Positions 34,740 to 49,166 of a stretch of DNA of 64,000 bases are shown piece by piece. This DNA comes from Lama glama (Eukaryota), in the NCBI GenBank assembly GCA_028534125.1, contig CM052817.1, positions 40,178,001-40,242,000 on the forward strand. The letters are read 5' to 3'. Every line of letters starts with the position of its first letter. Within the stretch, counting starts at the first letter, position 1. The translations under genes were made by a program, and so were the position numbers. The notes below the pieces were generated by a model. The model saw nothing but the letters and a program-made list of their open reading frames with translations, was not told the DNA's origin and ran no database searches.

Positions 34740-35959
34740 AATGGAAAAAAGAAAATCATGAGGCATACAGATATGTAGTTTCTGTACACTGACTTGCCTT
34801 TAAATGTTTTTTCTTTTAGGAATAGAATTGAAGGGTGTTTTTCTTAGAGAACATCATTTGTCAGATTCATCAAGAATTTAGAGATTTATAATAAGGTAAG
34901 AAGTTTATATATTTTTTAGTTTTGACAGAAGACAAAATGACATCTGAGCAAAAAGATTGAAATGACATTTGAGCATAATGTGGGTATCATATTCAATTAA
35001 GATTTTTTTCCTTATTTTTTTCAGCTTTCAAAGGTAACATAACTATGACTTCAAAGATAATATAATTTTTCAGATCAATAGACTTGATTCAGGATAGACA
35101 GTTGAGTGGGGGGGGGCAGGACTTTTAACCTTGATAGTCATCTTTTCTTCAAACTAATGACATAATCCTTTCAGGTCCTAAAATTTTTAGATATCATATG
35201 TTCTGGGGTTTAAATTTGCTGAGTTATTGGATATTCTATAAAGAACTCTTTGATAAGACAGTGGATGACCATCCTATAACTTTAGCTTTGTTCAAGAACA
35301 GTAGATAGGCAGGTGGTCAGCTGAGAATTTCTAATCTAATACCAGATTAATCTGTGATTAATAGATGTGTTATCTTGCAGTGTTTCTCAAATTTAAGGAC
35401 TATAAAGGGGAAGATTCTTGTGAATACCCAATATTGATTTAATTTTCTATTTCTTAAACTCCTACAGACATATAAGTTGATGTAAACTTTGTGATCCTTA
35501 ATGAAAAAATGTACAAAATAAGTACATTCAAAACCAAAATTTAAACAATTTAATAGGATGGATGCTACTGTATTGTAGCAGTAAACATAGTGGCCGCTAT
35601 CCAATAAATTTTATTTACATACGGCTTTGTGCCTTGTGATGATTGTAAAGTTTTACAATCAACAGTATAGTTGTCCAGAACTTTACTCTTTTGCAGACCT
35701 CAAGATTATTGAAATGAGGGGAGAGGGCCTAATTCTCAAAACGATGTCTTTGGACTGTAAATCCTAATTTGAAGAATTCTGTTACATTATCTCTGAACAT
35801 TCTTCTAGATACAACAAGTAATTCAGTCTTAGAATTAGCATTCTTTTAAGAAAAGCTTTAGTTTTTATTTGATCTAGGATTTGGCTTGCCTAGTAGTTAA
35901 ATAAATTGGGTTAAAAGTTGACTATTTTGTGAACTAATGCAAGTTTTTCTTTTTAGATG

Positions 35960-37416
35960 CAGGTGCACCGTTGCAACACACATGATGCATGAATATCAGT
36001 TTTCACAGTGTAGTTAAACAACACCTGACCTGCAACAACACAGCTGAACTTTTAGTTGTCACAATGTTAACTGAATTATTGCATAAACTTTGCTGCTCAC
36101 TCTTTATTCCACAAATCATTATGCAAATAAAAGATGTGCATCATGAATAAGAACCAGCTGTATCACTTCTTTCAAAGTCTTGGTGAACGGTCACTGGCTA
36201 TTAAGTCACGCAGAGACAGAAAAGCATATAGCTTTATGTTGCCTCCTTGTCTCCCAGTGATAAATGCATGCAACATTTTACAAAAATGGATAATCAAAAG
36301 AGGGAGTTAGCCAACAAATATGACAAGGCAGCAAAGAAATGAAAAGTGATAACACTGGAAGTGAAATTAGATGTGGTTAGAAGATTTGAAAATGGTCACA
36401 GCAAAGCGAAGATAGGATGAGACCTAGGCCTACATGGAACTACAATACAAACCATATTTTAAAAGTCTGATGAATATATGAACAAGGTAAAGTTGTTTCA
36501 ACATCTTTTAGTTTAAGTTACACTAGGAACAGAAAGCCGCTTAAGGTTGAAATGGAGTGTTTATCTCTACTTTGGATTGAGGAATCAAAAACAAATCCTA
36601 ATCAGTTTGGCTAGCATTCAGGCCAAAGCACTGAAGGAAAATGGTAATTAATTACAAGATCTTTTTACTGCCAGAAAAGGCTGGTTTCATCCTTTCAGAA
36701 GTCAACATGAATTGATTTAATGTTAATCCGGTGAAACTACAAGCTCAAATAAGAATGCTGCTGTGAAATCTGCACCCAGATTCCCAGGATTACAAGTAGT
36801 CCTCACTTTGCATAGTAGTGAGAGACTACTGTGCAAAAACCTGTAGGATTTGGATGGAATATAAATGGAGTTATAGAAGATAAAGATGACCATAAGAATG
36901 CTGCAATGTTGACACTGCCACCATTCAAGAAACAGTTGTAGATTTGCAGTGAGGTGAACTTAGTGAAGGTGAATATAAAGTTATAAACGAGGAAAGCGGT
37001 TGCATTATAAAGGATGAACGTGTCTCAGAGCAAGTGATGCTGTTGAAAAACTTCACATTAAACTAACTCTCAGAGATGTCTCAGGACATGGACAGCACAA
37101 AGTTGTGAAAGCTGATTCAAACTTAGAAAGTATGACAATTTGCCAAGGCACAGAAAAAAAATGCTTATTCCACATTGTAAGTTAGAGAAGAAAGCAAGCA
37201 CTGTTCAAACTACTCTTGATACTTTTTTAATAAAGAAATAAAACTCTTAACTTTCAATGTTTCAAATATTAATTTTACTATATTACATTTATAGGCAACA
37301 TCAAGAGTTTTTAATATTTTGACAGGTTTTAAGGTCACAGAACATAGACTGTTAATCCATAGATTAAGACGGCTTTGCACAGTTTCAGCTTGCATAGTCA
37401 CAGCCAGAACTTCCTG
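35960..37416 (+). mobile_element. Decayed Tigger (TcMar/pogo) DNA transposon
   Basis: CAG...CTG ends. From about 36325 it translates KAAKK*KVITLEVKLDVVRRFENGHSKAKIG*DLGL (CENP-B-type HTH), and near 36663 FTARKGWF; multiple stops. Confidence 0.8.
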
Positions 37417-37641
37417 CATTTAAAACAAGCTACAGAGTCTTTATATTCAACCAGGTATAAATATACCAAGCCTGGAAACTGTATACAGCCTTACAATAAC
37501 CAGTTACGTTATAATTGACATTTCATATTGCCTTTATGTGCTACTATATCAAGGTTTTGAAATGGAAACTTAACAATACTGAATGTCTTATTCGTACTTT
37601 GAGCATTAATCTGTTTGTAGACAAAGTCCTGTCTAATAGAA

Positions 37642-37880
37642 TAGGGGCTGGCAAACTTTACCTTAAAGGGCCATATAGCAGATACTTAGGACTTTGCAGG
37701 CCACGTGGTGTCTAGCAACTACTTTGATGTTGTAGCACAAAAACAGCCATAGACAATACAGAAACCATTTAGTATGGCTGTGTTCCCATAAAACCTCATG
37801 GACACAAAAATTGGAATTTCATGTAATTTTCTCATGGAATAATTTTTCTTTTGCTGTTCTTGGCTCACAGGGCCTACAAA
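37642..37880 (+). mobile_element. MER58-like hAT-Charlie MITE
   Basis: aggggctggcaaacttt...aaagggcca...actttgcaggcca, aacagccatagacaata and atggctgtgttcc motifs. Confidence 0.75.
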
Positions 37881-38829
37881 AGGGAGTAGGGGAAAGGAGA
37901 GGTCTGTAATTTGATTTATGCAGGAGGAACCTGTAGTTGAATGACTATATTAAATGATACCAAAGAATGTAACCACTACTTGCATCATTGAGTTTTGGAG
38001 TTTTCTAATGAACCATTTTTGCCCCATACCATCCAATGCACACTTCGAAGCAGGATAGGGTCTTTGGGGAATGAGACAGTAGGGAGTTCAAGGTGTTCAC
38101 TTGATTCAAATGATGATCCTGCTTTTAAGTTGGGGATTTTTATTAGCACCCCTTTAGGTAAACTAGTCCTTGCAGCAATAAGTAAAAATGGAAGGCTTTT
38201 CAGAACACTAAAAATTAGCTACTGTCTCCTAAGCTGCTTCAGCTAGTCTACTTCAGCCCTACAGAAATAAATCTGCTTTTTAAATTGAACCAGAAGTAGA
38301 AGACACTATAAGGGTGTTGGAAGTACAGTGAGAGTACAAAAATCTGCCTACTGTTAAATAGCGGTGCTTGCCATAGTTTACTTTTTGCATGCAAAACAGA
38401 GAAACGTTACTTCCCGCGAAGGCGTTTAGAAAAGACTGATGACTGGTGTAATGGGAAGAGAACTGGTCTAGAAGTTAGGAGTCCAGGTTCTGATACTGTG
38501 ATTTTCCTCTGGCTTTGCCTGATTTGCTATGAAATAATTCCTCCCTAAAACAAGAAACAACATCCATGTCACGCACTAATTAGATGCCAGGCTCTGGCGA
38601 AACTACCAAAGTTACCAGTGACTGAAGGCAAATGCTAACAGATCTCAAATAGTAAGGCAGGATACTAACCGCAATACCTTGTTTACCCCACTAGGCCTCT
38701 TCGGAGTAACAAATCAAATATGTCCACAACAGCCTTTGGGTATGACCAGGTCGTCCGGTTTTAAAGAAGTTCTCAATAAGCAAGTAAGCAATTTTAAGAC
38801 CCTAGTCACAATTACAGTTCCTGCAATAA

Positions 38830-39560
38830 GGCCCTTGCAGCCCGGTTTTCGGTGGTTGGTCGCGTCGGCAGTGTCGCGGCGCTGCTGACGTCTCACAGGA
38901 CCAGTGCTACGTGGCGTTTCCGCGGGCTGCGGCCGTTCTTCCGCCACACAGCTACACCCAGCAGGACTTTTTTTCTTCGCGTCGTCCTGGCCACCGCACG
39001 CCGCCCCTCAGGACCGGTCCGTAGCCTCCCAAGGACGCGCGCCGCGCGGCACAGGGGCCCCTCCCACTAGCCACCGCTCCAGGAAGTGCCGTGGCGGGTC
39101 GCGCGCCGAGTGGGCGGGGCCAGGCCGTGCTCCCGGAAGCGTCGGCCAGCCGGCTAGGCGGGGCTGCGGCTGCCACGTTGGAGCGGAGCGTGGAGGTGGC
39201 CCTGGCCGGGAGGAGGGGCGGCGGCGAATGCTGGGAGAGTCCGACGGGCGCCGAGCTAACGTTGGAACCGGTCGCCGAGGGTCCCCGCCAGGTGTGTCCG
39301 CTTCATCCCCTCCTGCCCTCTTTGCCGGGCCTCTGGCCTTCAGGGAGAGCCCGGGCCAAAGCTAGGATCCCGGCGTCGATCTCCGGTAGTCCCCGCCAGA
39401 CTGCGGCCCGGTCGGTCTGCGTTTCGGGCCCGGCGGGACGCCTGGCGTCACGGTTTCTTCGTAGATCGCGCCTGTCCGCATCCGCCGACGTTTCCACTGC
39501 TGAGCAAGAGCGCCCCTAAGGCTTGCGACAGGGTGTCCTGCCGGGGTCCATAAGTGAGGT
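38830..39560 (+). promoter_or_regulatory. SEC31A: SEC31A CpG-island promoter
   Basis: CpG-dense; GC boxes (GGGCGGGGC 39112, GGCGGGGC 39157); ETS GGAAG motifs near 39082 and 39135; TGCCACGT 39171. Confidence 0.85.
39170..39291 (+). other. SEC31A: SEC31A exon 1 (5' UTR, contains upstream ATG 39228); TSS approximate
   Basis: CAG|GTGTGT donor at 39292 inside the CpG island; the next acceptor with coding sequence is at 49165. Confidence 0.7.
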
Positions 39561-42500
39561 CTGAGGTTAGGAGACCTTCAGACCCTTGTGCACAAAGAGG
39601 TGCGGTCCCCAAGGGCGAGGGAAGGAAACAAACCTCAGGATTTCTTTGGTTGACTTCAGTTTGGTTAGGACTTTTTGTTAATAATTGAACCGTTGCCGGA
39701 TTTAAAGATTCGTAGGTTTTATCTGAAGGCTACTGTCATTTAGCCAGAATTGGATTATTTTAAGGGCAGTACTCGCCAGTTGCAGCCTATACACCTCGAA
39801 GGAAGTCTTATTAAGTGTTGTGTGTTTTTGCTAGTAATCTACTATAATAAGAGGTCAGATTATGGGGCAGGTGTAAAATGAATAAAAATATTGTCTGGGC
39901 TTATGAGCGTTATAACCTCTTCCAGAAGCTCAAGGAACTAATTTTACCTATATCTTTCTGAAGTTGCAGTGATGGTCTCTGAGAGAAATCCTTCTTCCTA
40001 AACTGTCTTTTCTAACCACAGGAAACTGAAATCGGGTTGTCTTTGTAGGCAACTGTATTTAGTCGACAGTCAGAGCCTCGTCCTTATACTGTCTTAACGT
40101 TTGTTGTACGTACTGATTGTTCTAGAGTTGGCTGAAGTTTGCTTACCTTTTCTTAGTGATTCTGCTGTGTTGCTTGTTTCTCATTATCCGTTAATTGCAG
40201 CTCTGGGAAAGGTTTGTAGACTCCAAGAAGTTTTGGAATACTTGAAGTGTTTTGTAGTTGTGAATTTGTTACACACATGTAAGGTTATTTAGGAAACGTG
40301 AGATTTAGAATGGATTTAGGTTTAATACTGCTTAATTTTATATAAGCAGGCTCTTTTCTGAAGCTGACAACGTAAGAACAGAAAGAAATTTGTAAACTGT
40401 AAGGAGCAATGATTCTTAACCTTTGGGGGGTTCCATTTCCTTTGGAGAATCTGGTAAAGCATTGGATCATCTTCCTTAGAAAAATGCACATGCACACATA
40501 TAGGAGTTTCTGTATAGTTTCACAAGATTTACAAATCTCAAAGGCTCTTATAAGGTGATATTATTAAATTGATTTTTACATTGTTTTTAGAAATGTTGTT
40601 ATTCTTAAATAGGCTAATTTCAGCTCAAAAAGTTTTGTTTGTTAAATGCAGATAAGTATGACACCATTTAGTTCAATGACCAATGCACAGTTCCTTCTTT
40701 GATTTGATTTTGGTTGAATGAGATGAGCCTAGAACATAGATAACATTAAATAAATCCTCTGGAACAAATGTGCCAGTCCCTAATGAGATTATTTTGCCCA
40801 TTTTACTAAAAGCAGTGGCAATTAGGGATTGTGTTCCTGATTTGAGAGTCAGTTTCCAATTCTGTTACCCCTTTCACTTTTTACTTTCTGAGGTTTAGGT
40901 TAGCTCTATGTATAGCATGGTAAAGTTGGTGTTTTTTTTTTAAAGAATAGTACTATTAGGTTTTAGTGTTGCTTCACAAAATTAGCATTTAGAAAATGCA
41001 AAAAGAAAAAAGTTTCCATCTAACTGCACACAGTTGCAGACCCTTGGATGAATAAATCAAAGTTGTAGTCTAGAACATAAATTTTCTTCAAGAAATGTAT
41101 TCTGTTGAAGATTCACTGGGGTAAACATTTTAAATTATGACTTCTGTATTAGCTGACATTTACAAGCATTTATTTACTACATGTCAGGCACTGTTCTCAG
41201 CACTCTGTGAATTCTCACAACCACCCAATGGCATAGATGCTTTTATTATAGTTATTTTTCGAAGTAAGTAGCCAAGACACACATAGGAAAAATTACGTGC
41301 CTGAAGTCAGAGCTAGGACGTGGTAGACCAGAGATTTAAATCTGCTCCAGTCACTATGTTTTTAACTGCTGTACCATAGATACTGTCTTGTAGGTGGCAT
41401 CTGTGAACAAGCCATTGTCCTCACAGTTTTAATATTTTCTGAATGATTATATTCTGTGTAAAATAGTCTTGAATGAGACAAATCCACATAATGTGAATTC
41501 TAATCACATATAATACTGAAAAAAATTACACAAAGTTTTTAAACCTAAGACCTCTTTCTTCCTATTCTCAAGAAAATTAGTTACAGCTAAATGATCATTC
41601 TGCCAGGAGATACACATGCATCCGATGAAGCTGTATTTCCATAGTATTCTTAGTAGTTTTGAGGATGATTATACTAGGTAGATTATGGTATTCTTGTTTA
41701 ATTAGATTCAGACCACATCATATAGTTGTAGGCTGTTGTTGTAGTATAGTGATTTAATTTTTGTTTTTAAACAATGGTATTAAAGGCTCGTGTTCAGTAC
41801 ACAGGTTAATAAGTAGAACTGCTTCTGGTGGAACACTGAGTACTGAGGCTTTAAGAAACAGACTTTATAAATGGGTTGAATTCCCACTTAGCCATTTTGT
41901 GTTCTTGTGAATCTGTCTCTTTCTCTTTCAGTAAATGTTACACATTAACTAAATGTTCGTAAATTAGACAGCCCTTGTACCTTTGCTCTTAGAGTTACTG
42001 TAATTCTGTTCAGTTGGGTTTTTAAAAAATATATTTATAACTATTTTGTTTTCACTTTTAGAAATTATTCTAAACGCAGTTTATTAAAACCTCTTTTCCC
42101 CCCAGCAATACTTTCTACTACTTTTTAAGTTAGAAAAGATCCTTTAAAAAGTTAAGAATTTCAAAATTAAATGTTTTACTTGAAATTGGTCTTTCTAGCT
42201 TATCAATCTGCTTGTATTCCCCTAAATATAGACATGCAAAATCAGTCAAGCAAAACTTTCTGTGTACCTCACCCTGTGCAAAGGAATTTTGAGTCCCAAA
42301 AGGGTAAAAGTTGTAACACGTGATTGAAAAAAAAATATTTGTTGAGTTAGTGAGACAAGATGACATAGAAAACAGCTGGTAAAACAGGGAATGGGAAAAT
42401 ATGTAAACAATATGTACTAATAGAGTGTTAGATAAAGCTTTGTTAAGATGTAATAAGACATTTTATTATAAGATGCTTAAAATGTGGTACAAATATAAAC

Positions 42501-45500
42501 AGTGAAGAGATTATATAGATCAGTGTGGATTGGATCAGTTAGGGCAGTTTTCATGAAGGAGTTGGGTATTGAACTTATCAAAGACAATTGGCTGAGAAGA
42601 AGGGCATTTGACATAAATAGGCATCTTTTTCACTTCTTAGAAAATTGGGGTTTTTTTCCTTTTCTTTTTCACAATAATCTTAGGAAACTAGATGAGTAGT
42701 TTTCTTGATTAATCCCATGATAGTAATAATCTTTAAAGTAGTTAACATGTTAAAATACTTTTTAACATATGTGTGAGGCATTGTTTGGCCATCTGTAAAA
42801 TACATTATCTCATTAAAACTCACAATGTCCCATGAGGTAGCCACTCTTACCCCTAGTTTTCAAATGTAGAACTGGGGCTCAGAGAGGTTAAATACTGTGT
42901 CCAAGGTCTCATGAGTAGCAGAGCCAATATGCAAATTGAGGATTGCCTCCAGAGGTCCCACTTCTGACTACGTGACTCAACCTCCTAATCCACTTTTGCC
43001 TAACCTAGCAGTTCCTAAAATACGTTTCTTAATTTCATCATGCATTGTAGTTTTTTTGCTAATAACTATTCCTCATAAATGTTAATATTTCTTCTATGAT
43101 TAAAATTGAATACGTGAACTTGTTGTAGTAACAAATAAGAGCTTGGACTCTGGAACTAAACTTCTGAGTTCAAATTTTGGCTCTACCCCTTGCTAACATG
43201 GACCAATTATTTAGTCTTTCTGTGCCTTCATTTTTTTCATCTGTGAAATGTTCTTCAAGTATAAACAATTTGAACATGTAAGACCCAGGGCATATTTTTA
43301 GTCTAAGGCCCTTATAAGGAAACTATTAGAGGATGAACTTCGTCCTCTAGAGATGAGTAAGAAAATGGCAAAAGTACTGTTGGAAAACATTGAGCAAATT
43401 TACCTACTATAGACCTGAGACTAAAACAAAATTGGGAATAAGGAAGAAAGAATAAAATGTACATGTTAAATATCTGATGATGTAGGAATTGGTTTATAAA
43501 AGTAAAAAATTAAGAGAACTGGGAAGTAGGCAGAAAATTTGAGTATCTCCTATAGTATTGCCTCATCTATAATGGCTAGGAGTCAAAGGACATCATTTAA
43601 AGCTGGCAAATCAGAAGTATGAGCATATTTAATAGTACAAAGGTAAATACTGAGAAAGATAATACTAATGACTATTAATGGTGATGCAAGAGAAGTAGTA
43701 AGATTATATAAACTAATTTTGTTAGTACTCTTAATAATTAACTGTAAAGAAATAGAGGATTAGTGGTATTAAATGAAATTATTTAAAATTATAGTTGTAA
43801 AGATAGAATCAGAAACATGCTAGAACAAAAATACAAATCACTCTAATTATCAGAAAAATTTTAAATGTACAAAAAGAAAATAGACAGCAGTGAAAGACAT
43901 TTTTTAAATTATAAAACCAAACATAGCAAAATATGATAGAAATGAGGGCAACCGTATCTGTCACAGCAGTAAATTTTAAATAGCCTTATTAGCTAGTCTG
44001 TTGAAGAGATTTTCCAATTGGATCACCAAGCAAAATCTGATTTTTTTCCACTGTATTCAAGACAGCCAGTGAAAACACAATGGTTCAAAAGTTGAAAAGG
44101 CAAAAGAACATATATAAAGGCAAATAAAAAGAAACCTAGGGTATTGATCTCAATATGAGACAAAGCAGAGTTCAGGCCTAAAGGCATTATAAGATAAAAA
44201 TACTCCGTACAGCTAAAATATGTATTTGACAGTGAACATTTAATATGTCTCTCTACCTATGTATTAAATAGGTAACTATGTAACTGTACTAAATAACAAA
44301 GTAACTTTCATAAAGGAAGTTTCAGCAGCAACAGACTCACATAGAAAACAAATTTATGGTTACCATCAGGGCAAGGGGGTGAGAACGAATAAATTGGGAA
44401 TTTGAGATTTGCAGATACTAACTACTATATATAAAATAGATAAACAAGTTTCTGCTGTATAGCACAGGGAACTATATTTAATATAATAACCTATAATGAA
44501 AAAGAATATACATATTTATATGTATGGCTGAAACATGCTGTACCGCCAGAAACCAACACAACATTGTAAAGTGGCTATGGGAGATACTAGGAGAAATATG
44601 TACAAATGTATTAGTAGCAGGATCCTTTTAATTTACTGTTCTTGCTCCAAGACAAATCAAGTGGAAAAACAAATAAGGATGTAGAAGACCTAAACAATTA
44701 AGTCAGTAGGGTAGATTTGATTAATATATATTGAATTTTGAAAACAGAGCACCCCTTCTTTTTAGATCTCATGGAACATTCACAAAAACTCCTATATGTG
44801 CCTCAAAGAAAACTTTAGTTTTATAAATAAGAAATAATACAGAAAAATCACAATGAAGTAAAAATAAAGACCCCTCCATTTGGATACTCCATTTGGATGC
44901 AATTCTTAGGTCAATAGAGAATACAAATGGAAACTGTAAAATGCATAGGTAACCATAATAATGAAAACACTAGGAATGTATAGGATGCAGCTAAAGCAGT
45001 GCTCAGAGAAAATTCAAAGCCTAAAGAAATAATAAAAATGGGTACGTTCAGTTTTTAGTTAACTTAAACAGTTAGAAAAAGAACTAAGTAAACCAAAAGA
45101 AAATGGAAAGACGGAATTAATAAAAATAAAAGCAGAAATTAATGAATTTGAATACAAAAAGAATGGAACTAATAAATTAGAAAGCTGGCTTTTTGTAAAT
45201 ACTCAGTAAAATAGTCAAGTCACTAGCCAAGCTAATTTTTAAAAGAAGGGTAGTGCGAAATAAAATGTAAATATGTTTAATTAAGGACTCATAAATAACC
45301 ATAAACAGCAAAAATTAAAAGAATCATGAGTCTATGTTGTTTAACTCTAAAAAAATTAGGAAATTATTTTTAAAAATAAAGAACTATTATAGGAAAATAC
45401 AATTTACCCAAAATAACCTTGAACAAAGAAAATTCAAATAGATAGATTTCCATAGAAGAAATAGAGAAAATAACCAGAGAAGCAACTCTCCCCAAAAAGC

Positions 45501-47195
45501 ACCAGGCTCAGATGTTTCATAGGCGAATACTATTAAATCCGTCAAGAACCAATAATTCTAATGCCGTTATTAAAACTGAGCATAGGAAGAAACAACTCCC
45601 ACATTTGTTGTGAAGCAAGTATAACATTTGATATCTAAACCTGACGAACGTATAGAAGAAGAAAATTATCGATTGCATCTCACTTGAGACCCTAGGAGTG
45701 AAACTTTTAAACAAATGGAACCTTGCAGCACCGTAGTAGGACATCATGAGCAAGAGAAATTTATTCTAAGTTTGAAAAGATGATTCAGTTAATTCAGGAA
45801 ATTTGTTAGTATAATTTGTTTTATTGGTAGACCTAAGGAGAAAAATCATACGGTCATCTCTAATTACCTAATTAATGAAAAGCATTAAACAAAATTCAAC
45901 ACCCAGTTTTTATGAAAAACATTCAGTAAAACAGTAATCAATGGCTATTTCCAGATATATACATATACATATACACACACACACACACATTTATATCTCT
46001 ACAAATATGTGTATGTCTATATCAGATTCCAAAATCATGCTCAGCGGTGGGAACAAAACAAGAAATATCACTGTTATCGCTGCTGTTTAATATAGTACTG
46101 TCAGTACTAGCTAACTCACACAAGAGAAAGATATCAGAGGAATGACAGTTAGGAATGAGGAAGGAACTGTCCCTTTTGGCACATGGTATGAGTGTATATG
46201 TGGAAAACCCGACAGAATCTACTGTAACACTACTACAAAAGGAGAATATGATAAGATAGCAGGATATAAAATTAATATAAAGCAATCATTATCCTTCATA
46301 TAACAATAAGAAAAATAGACATTATAATGGATAGGGAAAAAAAGCCACGTTTACCAACAAACCAAAAGATAAAACACTTAGGAATAAACAAACCTAATAT
46401 GTGAAATTTCAAAAACCACTGAAAGATTAAAAAAAAAGACTTAAATCAAAAGACACCATGTTCTTGATAGGAAAATTCAACATTGTCTCAGTTCTCTGTA
46501 AATTAATTTATAATTTGGTACAGATTCAGTAAAAATACTAGCAGTCTCTTTTTTCTGGAATTAGACAAAAACTATAGAGTTTATGTAGTAAAATAAACAG
46601 TAATGGCAAGGAAAATGGGGTGGGGGTGTGAGATGGGGGAGCAATAGATAGGGAAGCAGTTGAAATCATACTCATATAAAGCCTCAGTATTTAAAACAGT
46701 GGAGTGCCTGGCATGTGAATAAACAAATGGACATAGGAATGGTAATCCAAAAATAAGCCTAAATAAATGCTAGAATGTAAATTCTAACCTACATCCTGAT
46801 ATGTATAGGAATACAAATCTATAATAAATCCAGAAGTAAACCTAAGTACAGGAAATTAGTACATGATAAAGGTGATACCTAAAATTAACAAGAAAAAGAT
46901 AGACTTTGCAGTAAATGGTTTTAGAGTAATAAGAAAAAAATAAACTTTGAGTATACATTGTATACTAGGACACATTTCAAACGAGTCAAAATTCAGATGT
47001 AAAGAGAAAGCCATAAATAAATTTGCTGGCAGAAAACTATCAGTGCATGTCTTCCTAACTCTGGCATGCAGAAGGCATTTTCTAATTAATCAAAATTGAG
47101 AAGCCACTTTTTAAAGTGATAAATTTTACTATAAAAATTATGGTACATCCATAGAGTGGAATGTTTTTCAGTGCTAAAATAAAAAGAGCTATTTA

Positions 47196-47340
47196 GAGAG
47201 AGTATAGGTCAGTGGTAGAGTGTATGCTTAGCATGCATAAAGTCCTGGGTTCAATCCCCAGTACCTGCATTAAAAAAAAAAAAGTAAATTAAAGAAACAA
47301 AAAACGTATTCCCCCCCTACCCCTGGGAAAAGAAAAAAGA
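47196..47340 (+). mobile_element. tRNA-Ala-derived SINE (vic-1-like)
   Basis: A-box/B-box head (tataggtcagtggtagagtgtatgcttagcatgcataaagtcctgggttcaatccccagtacc) plus an A-rich tail with a C-tract. Confidence 0.85.
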
Positions 47341-48217
47341 AAGGAGTTATCAAATCACAAAAACATCATCAAGGAGCCTTAAATGCCTATTGCTAAGTGA
47401 AAGAAGCCAATCTAAAAAGGCTACATATTGTGTGATTATAACTAAATGACTTTATGGAAAAGGCAAGACTATGGAGACAGTAAAAAGATCAGTGGTTGCT
47501 AGGGAGGGAGGAGGAGACGAATGAATAGGTGGAACACGAGCTTTTAGGGCAGGGATACTTCTGAATGATACTATAACGGTGGATATATGTCATTTTTGCA
47601 TTTGTCAAAAACCAAAGATAAACAATACAAAGAGTGAACCTTAATGGAAACGATGGACTTTGGTTGATAATGAGGTGTCAGTGCTGATGTCTTGATTGTA
47701 CCAGATACACTACTGTGGTGCAGGATGTTGACAGTGGGGAGGCAGCATTTGAGGGGCGAGAGAGGGAGGTATGTGAAAACTCTCTATATTTTTCACTCAG
47801 ATTCTCTGTGAACCTAAAACTGCTCTAATAAATAAAATCTATTTTTAAAAAATCAAAATTTTGTGAAAGGTAAAAAAAAAAAAAAGCAAAAGACAAAGTC
47901 TGACAGCCTAAGAGAAAAATGGGGAAATGACATAGACATAGACAGGAATAGACAGGAAAAGTAACAGAGAAGGAAATATGGATATCCCGTAACCATATTA
48001 AAAAAAGATGTCCAATGTTATTTCTAGTATGAGAAATGCAAATTATAACTCTCCAGAGCTGACATTTTTCACCTATCATACTGCCAAACATTTAAAACCA
48101 TTGGAAAGTCTGTAGGGCAGCAGCTACTCATATATTACTCTTGGAAGTGTGAAAAGGCATACTTGACATGGAGAGCAACTTGGCAGTATCCATCAACATT
48201 AAAAATACGTTTATCGT

Positions 48218-48360
48218 GGGAGGAAGGTATAGCTCTAGTGGTAGGTCCCAGGTTCAGTCACCAGTGCCTCCATCAAATAAATAATTAAATGAACCAAATC
48301 CCCCCCCTGCAAAAAAAAAACTAAAACCAAAAAAACCTTAAAAAAAAAAGGATTAAAAAA
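48218..48360 (+). mobile_element. tRNA-Ala-derived SINE (vic-1-like), internally deleted
   Basis: gggaggaaggtatagctctagtggtag joined directly to gtcccaggttcagtc; anticodon arm missing; same tail structure. Confidence 0.75.
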
Positions 48361-49166
48361 ATTTACATTTACTGTTTAACACAGCAGTTTTACTTCTGGA
48401 AATTTATAGCTTTCCTTGCCCACGAGTGAAACAACATGTATATATGACCATTTATTTCAGCATTGTTTGTAAAAATAGCAGAAGATTAGAAACAACTCAG
48501 GTATTCATCAGCTGTGGCCTAAGTAATAAATTATGGTACATTTTACAATGGAATTCTGTACTATGTGAGTGCATTTATGTAAAATAAAGTGTTTTTTTGT
48601 TTTTGTTTTTGTTTTTTAAGCTATAGTACAGTACCTCTTGAACTTTTCTACCAAAGTAACTTTAACAGAGAGAATGTAAAATAGTGGCTTGGAGTGACCA
48701 TTTAAAAAAATTTTTTTTTCTGCTTTATCTTTAAAATCTGTGGGTTTACTGTATTCTCTTCTGTGTTAGTTTTAATTTAAAATTAAATTTTCAAACTGTT
48801 CTTATCATTGAGTAATCCTGCTCCGGGAAGAAACAACTTGTTTATTATATGCTTCTGTCCTCTGATACACTGCCACCCATACTGTCTTGTCGGAGAAGCA
48901 TATTGTGTACAAGGTTAATTAACCAAATACTACCCTTGTTTTTGCAAGTTTCTTTCCAGACTGATTTTTCAGCTGAAGGGCTATCATTGTAAATAGGATA
49001 GCCCTATATTTGTCTCAAAATAATTAAACAAGTTTTTCTTCTTTCTAATGTTGAACATTCCCAGCAAATGATACCTAAACCAATTTGATTTATTGACATT
49101 GCAGCATTACTAATGATGTATTGGTTTGTCCAGTATATTTCTATGTGAAATATTCTCTTTATCAGG

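Larger units (their letters stand above)
29262..35960 (+). ncRNA. THAP9-AS1: Spliced non-coding snoRNA host transcript (THAP9-AS1 orthologue); 3' end not determined
   Basis: Short AG/GT-bounded candidate exons: ~29262-29349, 29582-29634, 29716-29751, 30162/30171-30197, 32298-32358/32371, 34820-34895, plus an acceptor at 35956. No coding continuity seen. Two intronic snoRNAs; position matches the human locus as recalled. Confidence 0.65.
43250..48560 (+). mobile_element. Long decayed LINE-1 block with nested younger L1 3' ends (~44330-44580, ~47140-47860) and SINEs
   Basis: ORF2-derived motifs (ggaacattcacaaaa, gatgcagctaaagcagtgctcagagaaaatt, aaagcaccaggctcagatg, catgttcttgataggaaa); boundaries approximate. 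Confidence 0.8.

Noticed and set aside
36300..36760. A second domesticated transposase (Tigger/CENP-B-like)
   Set aside because: In-frame stops and frameshifts; it is a fossil.
38679..39519. Several long ORFs in the SEC31A CpG island
   Set aside because: High GC depletes stop codons; only the MLGESD segment has splice-phase support.
47196..47270. tRNA-Ala(AGC) gene calls here and at ~54700 and ~57920
   Set aside because: Acceptor stems are broken and each has an A-rich tail and TSD-like flanks, so these are SINEs.
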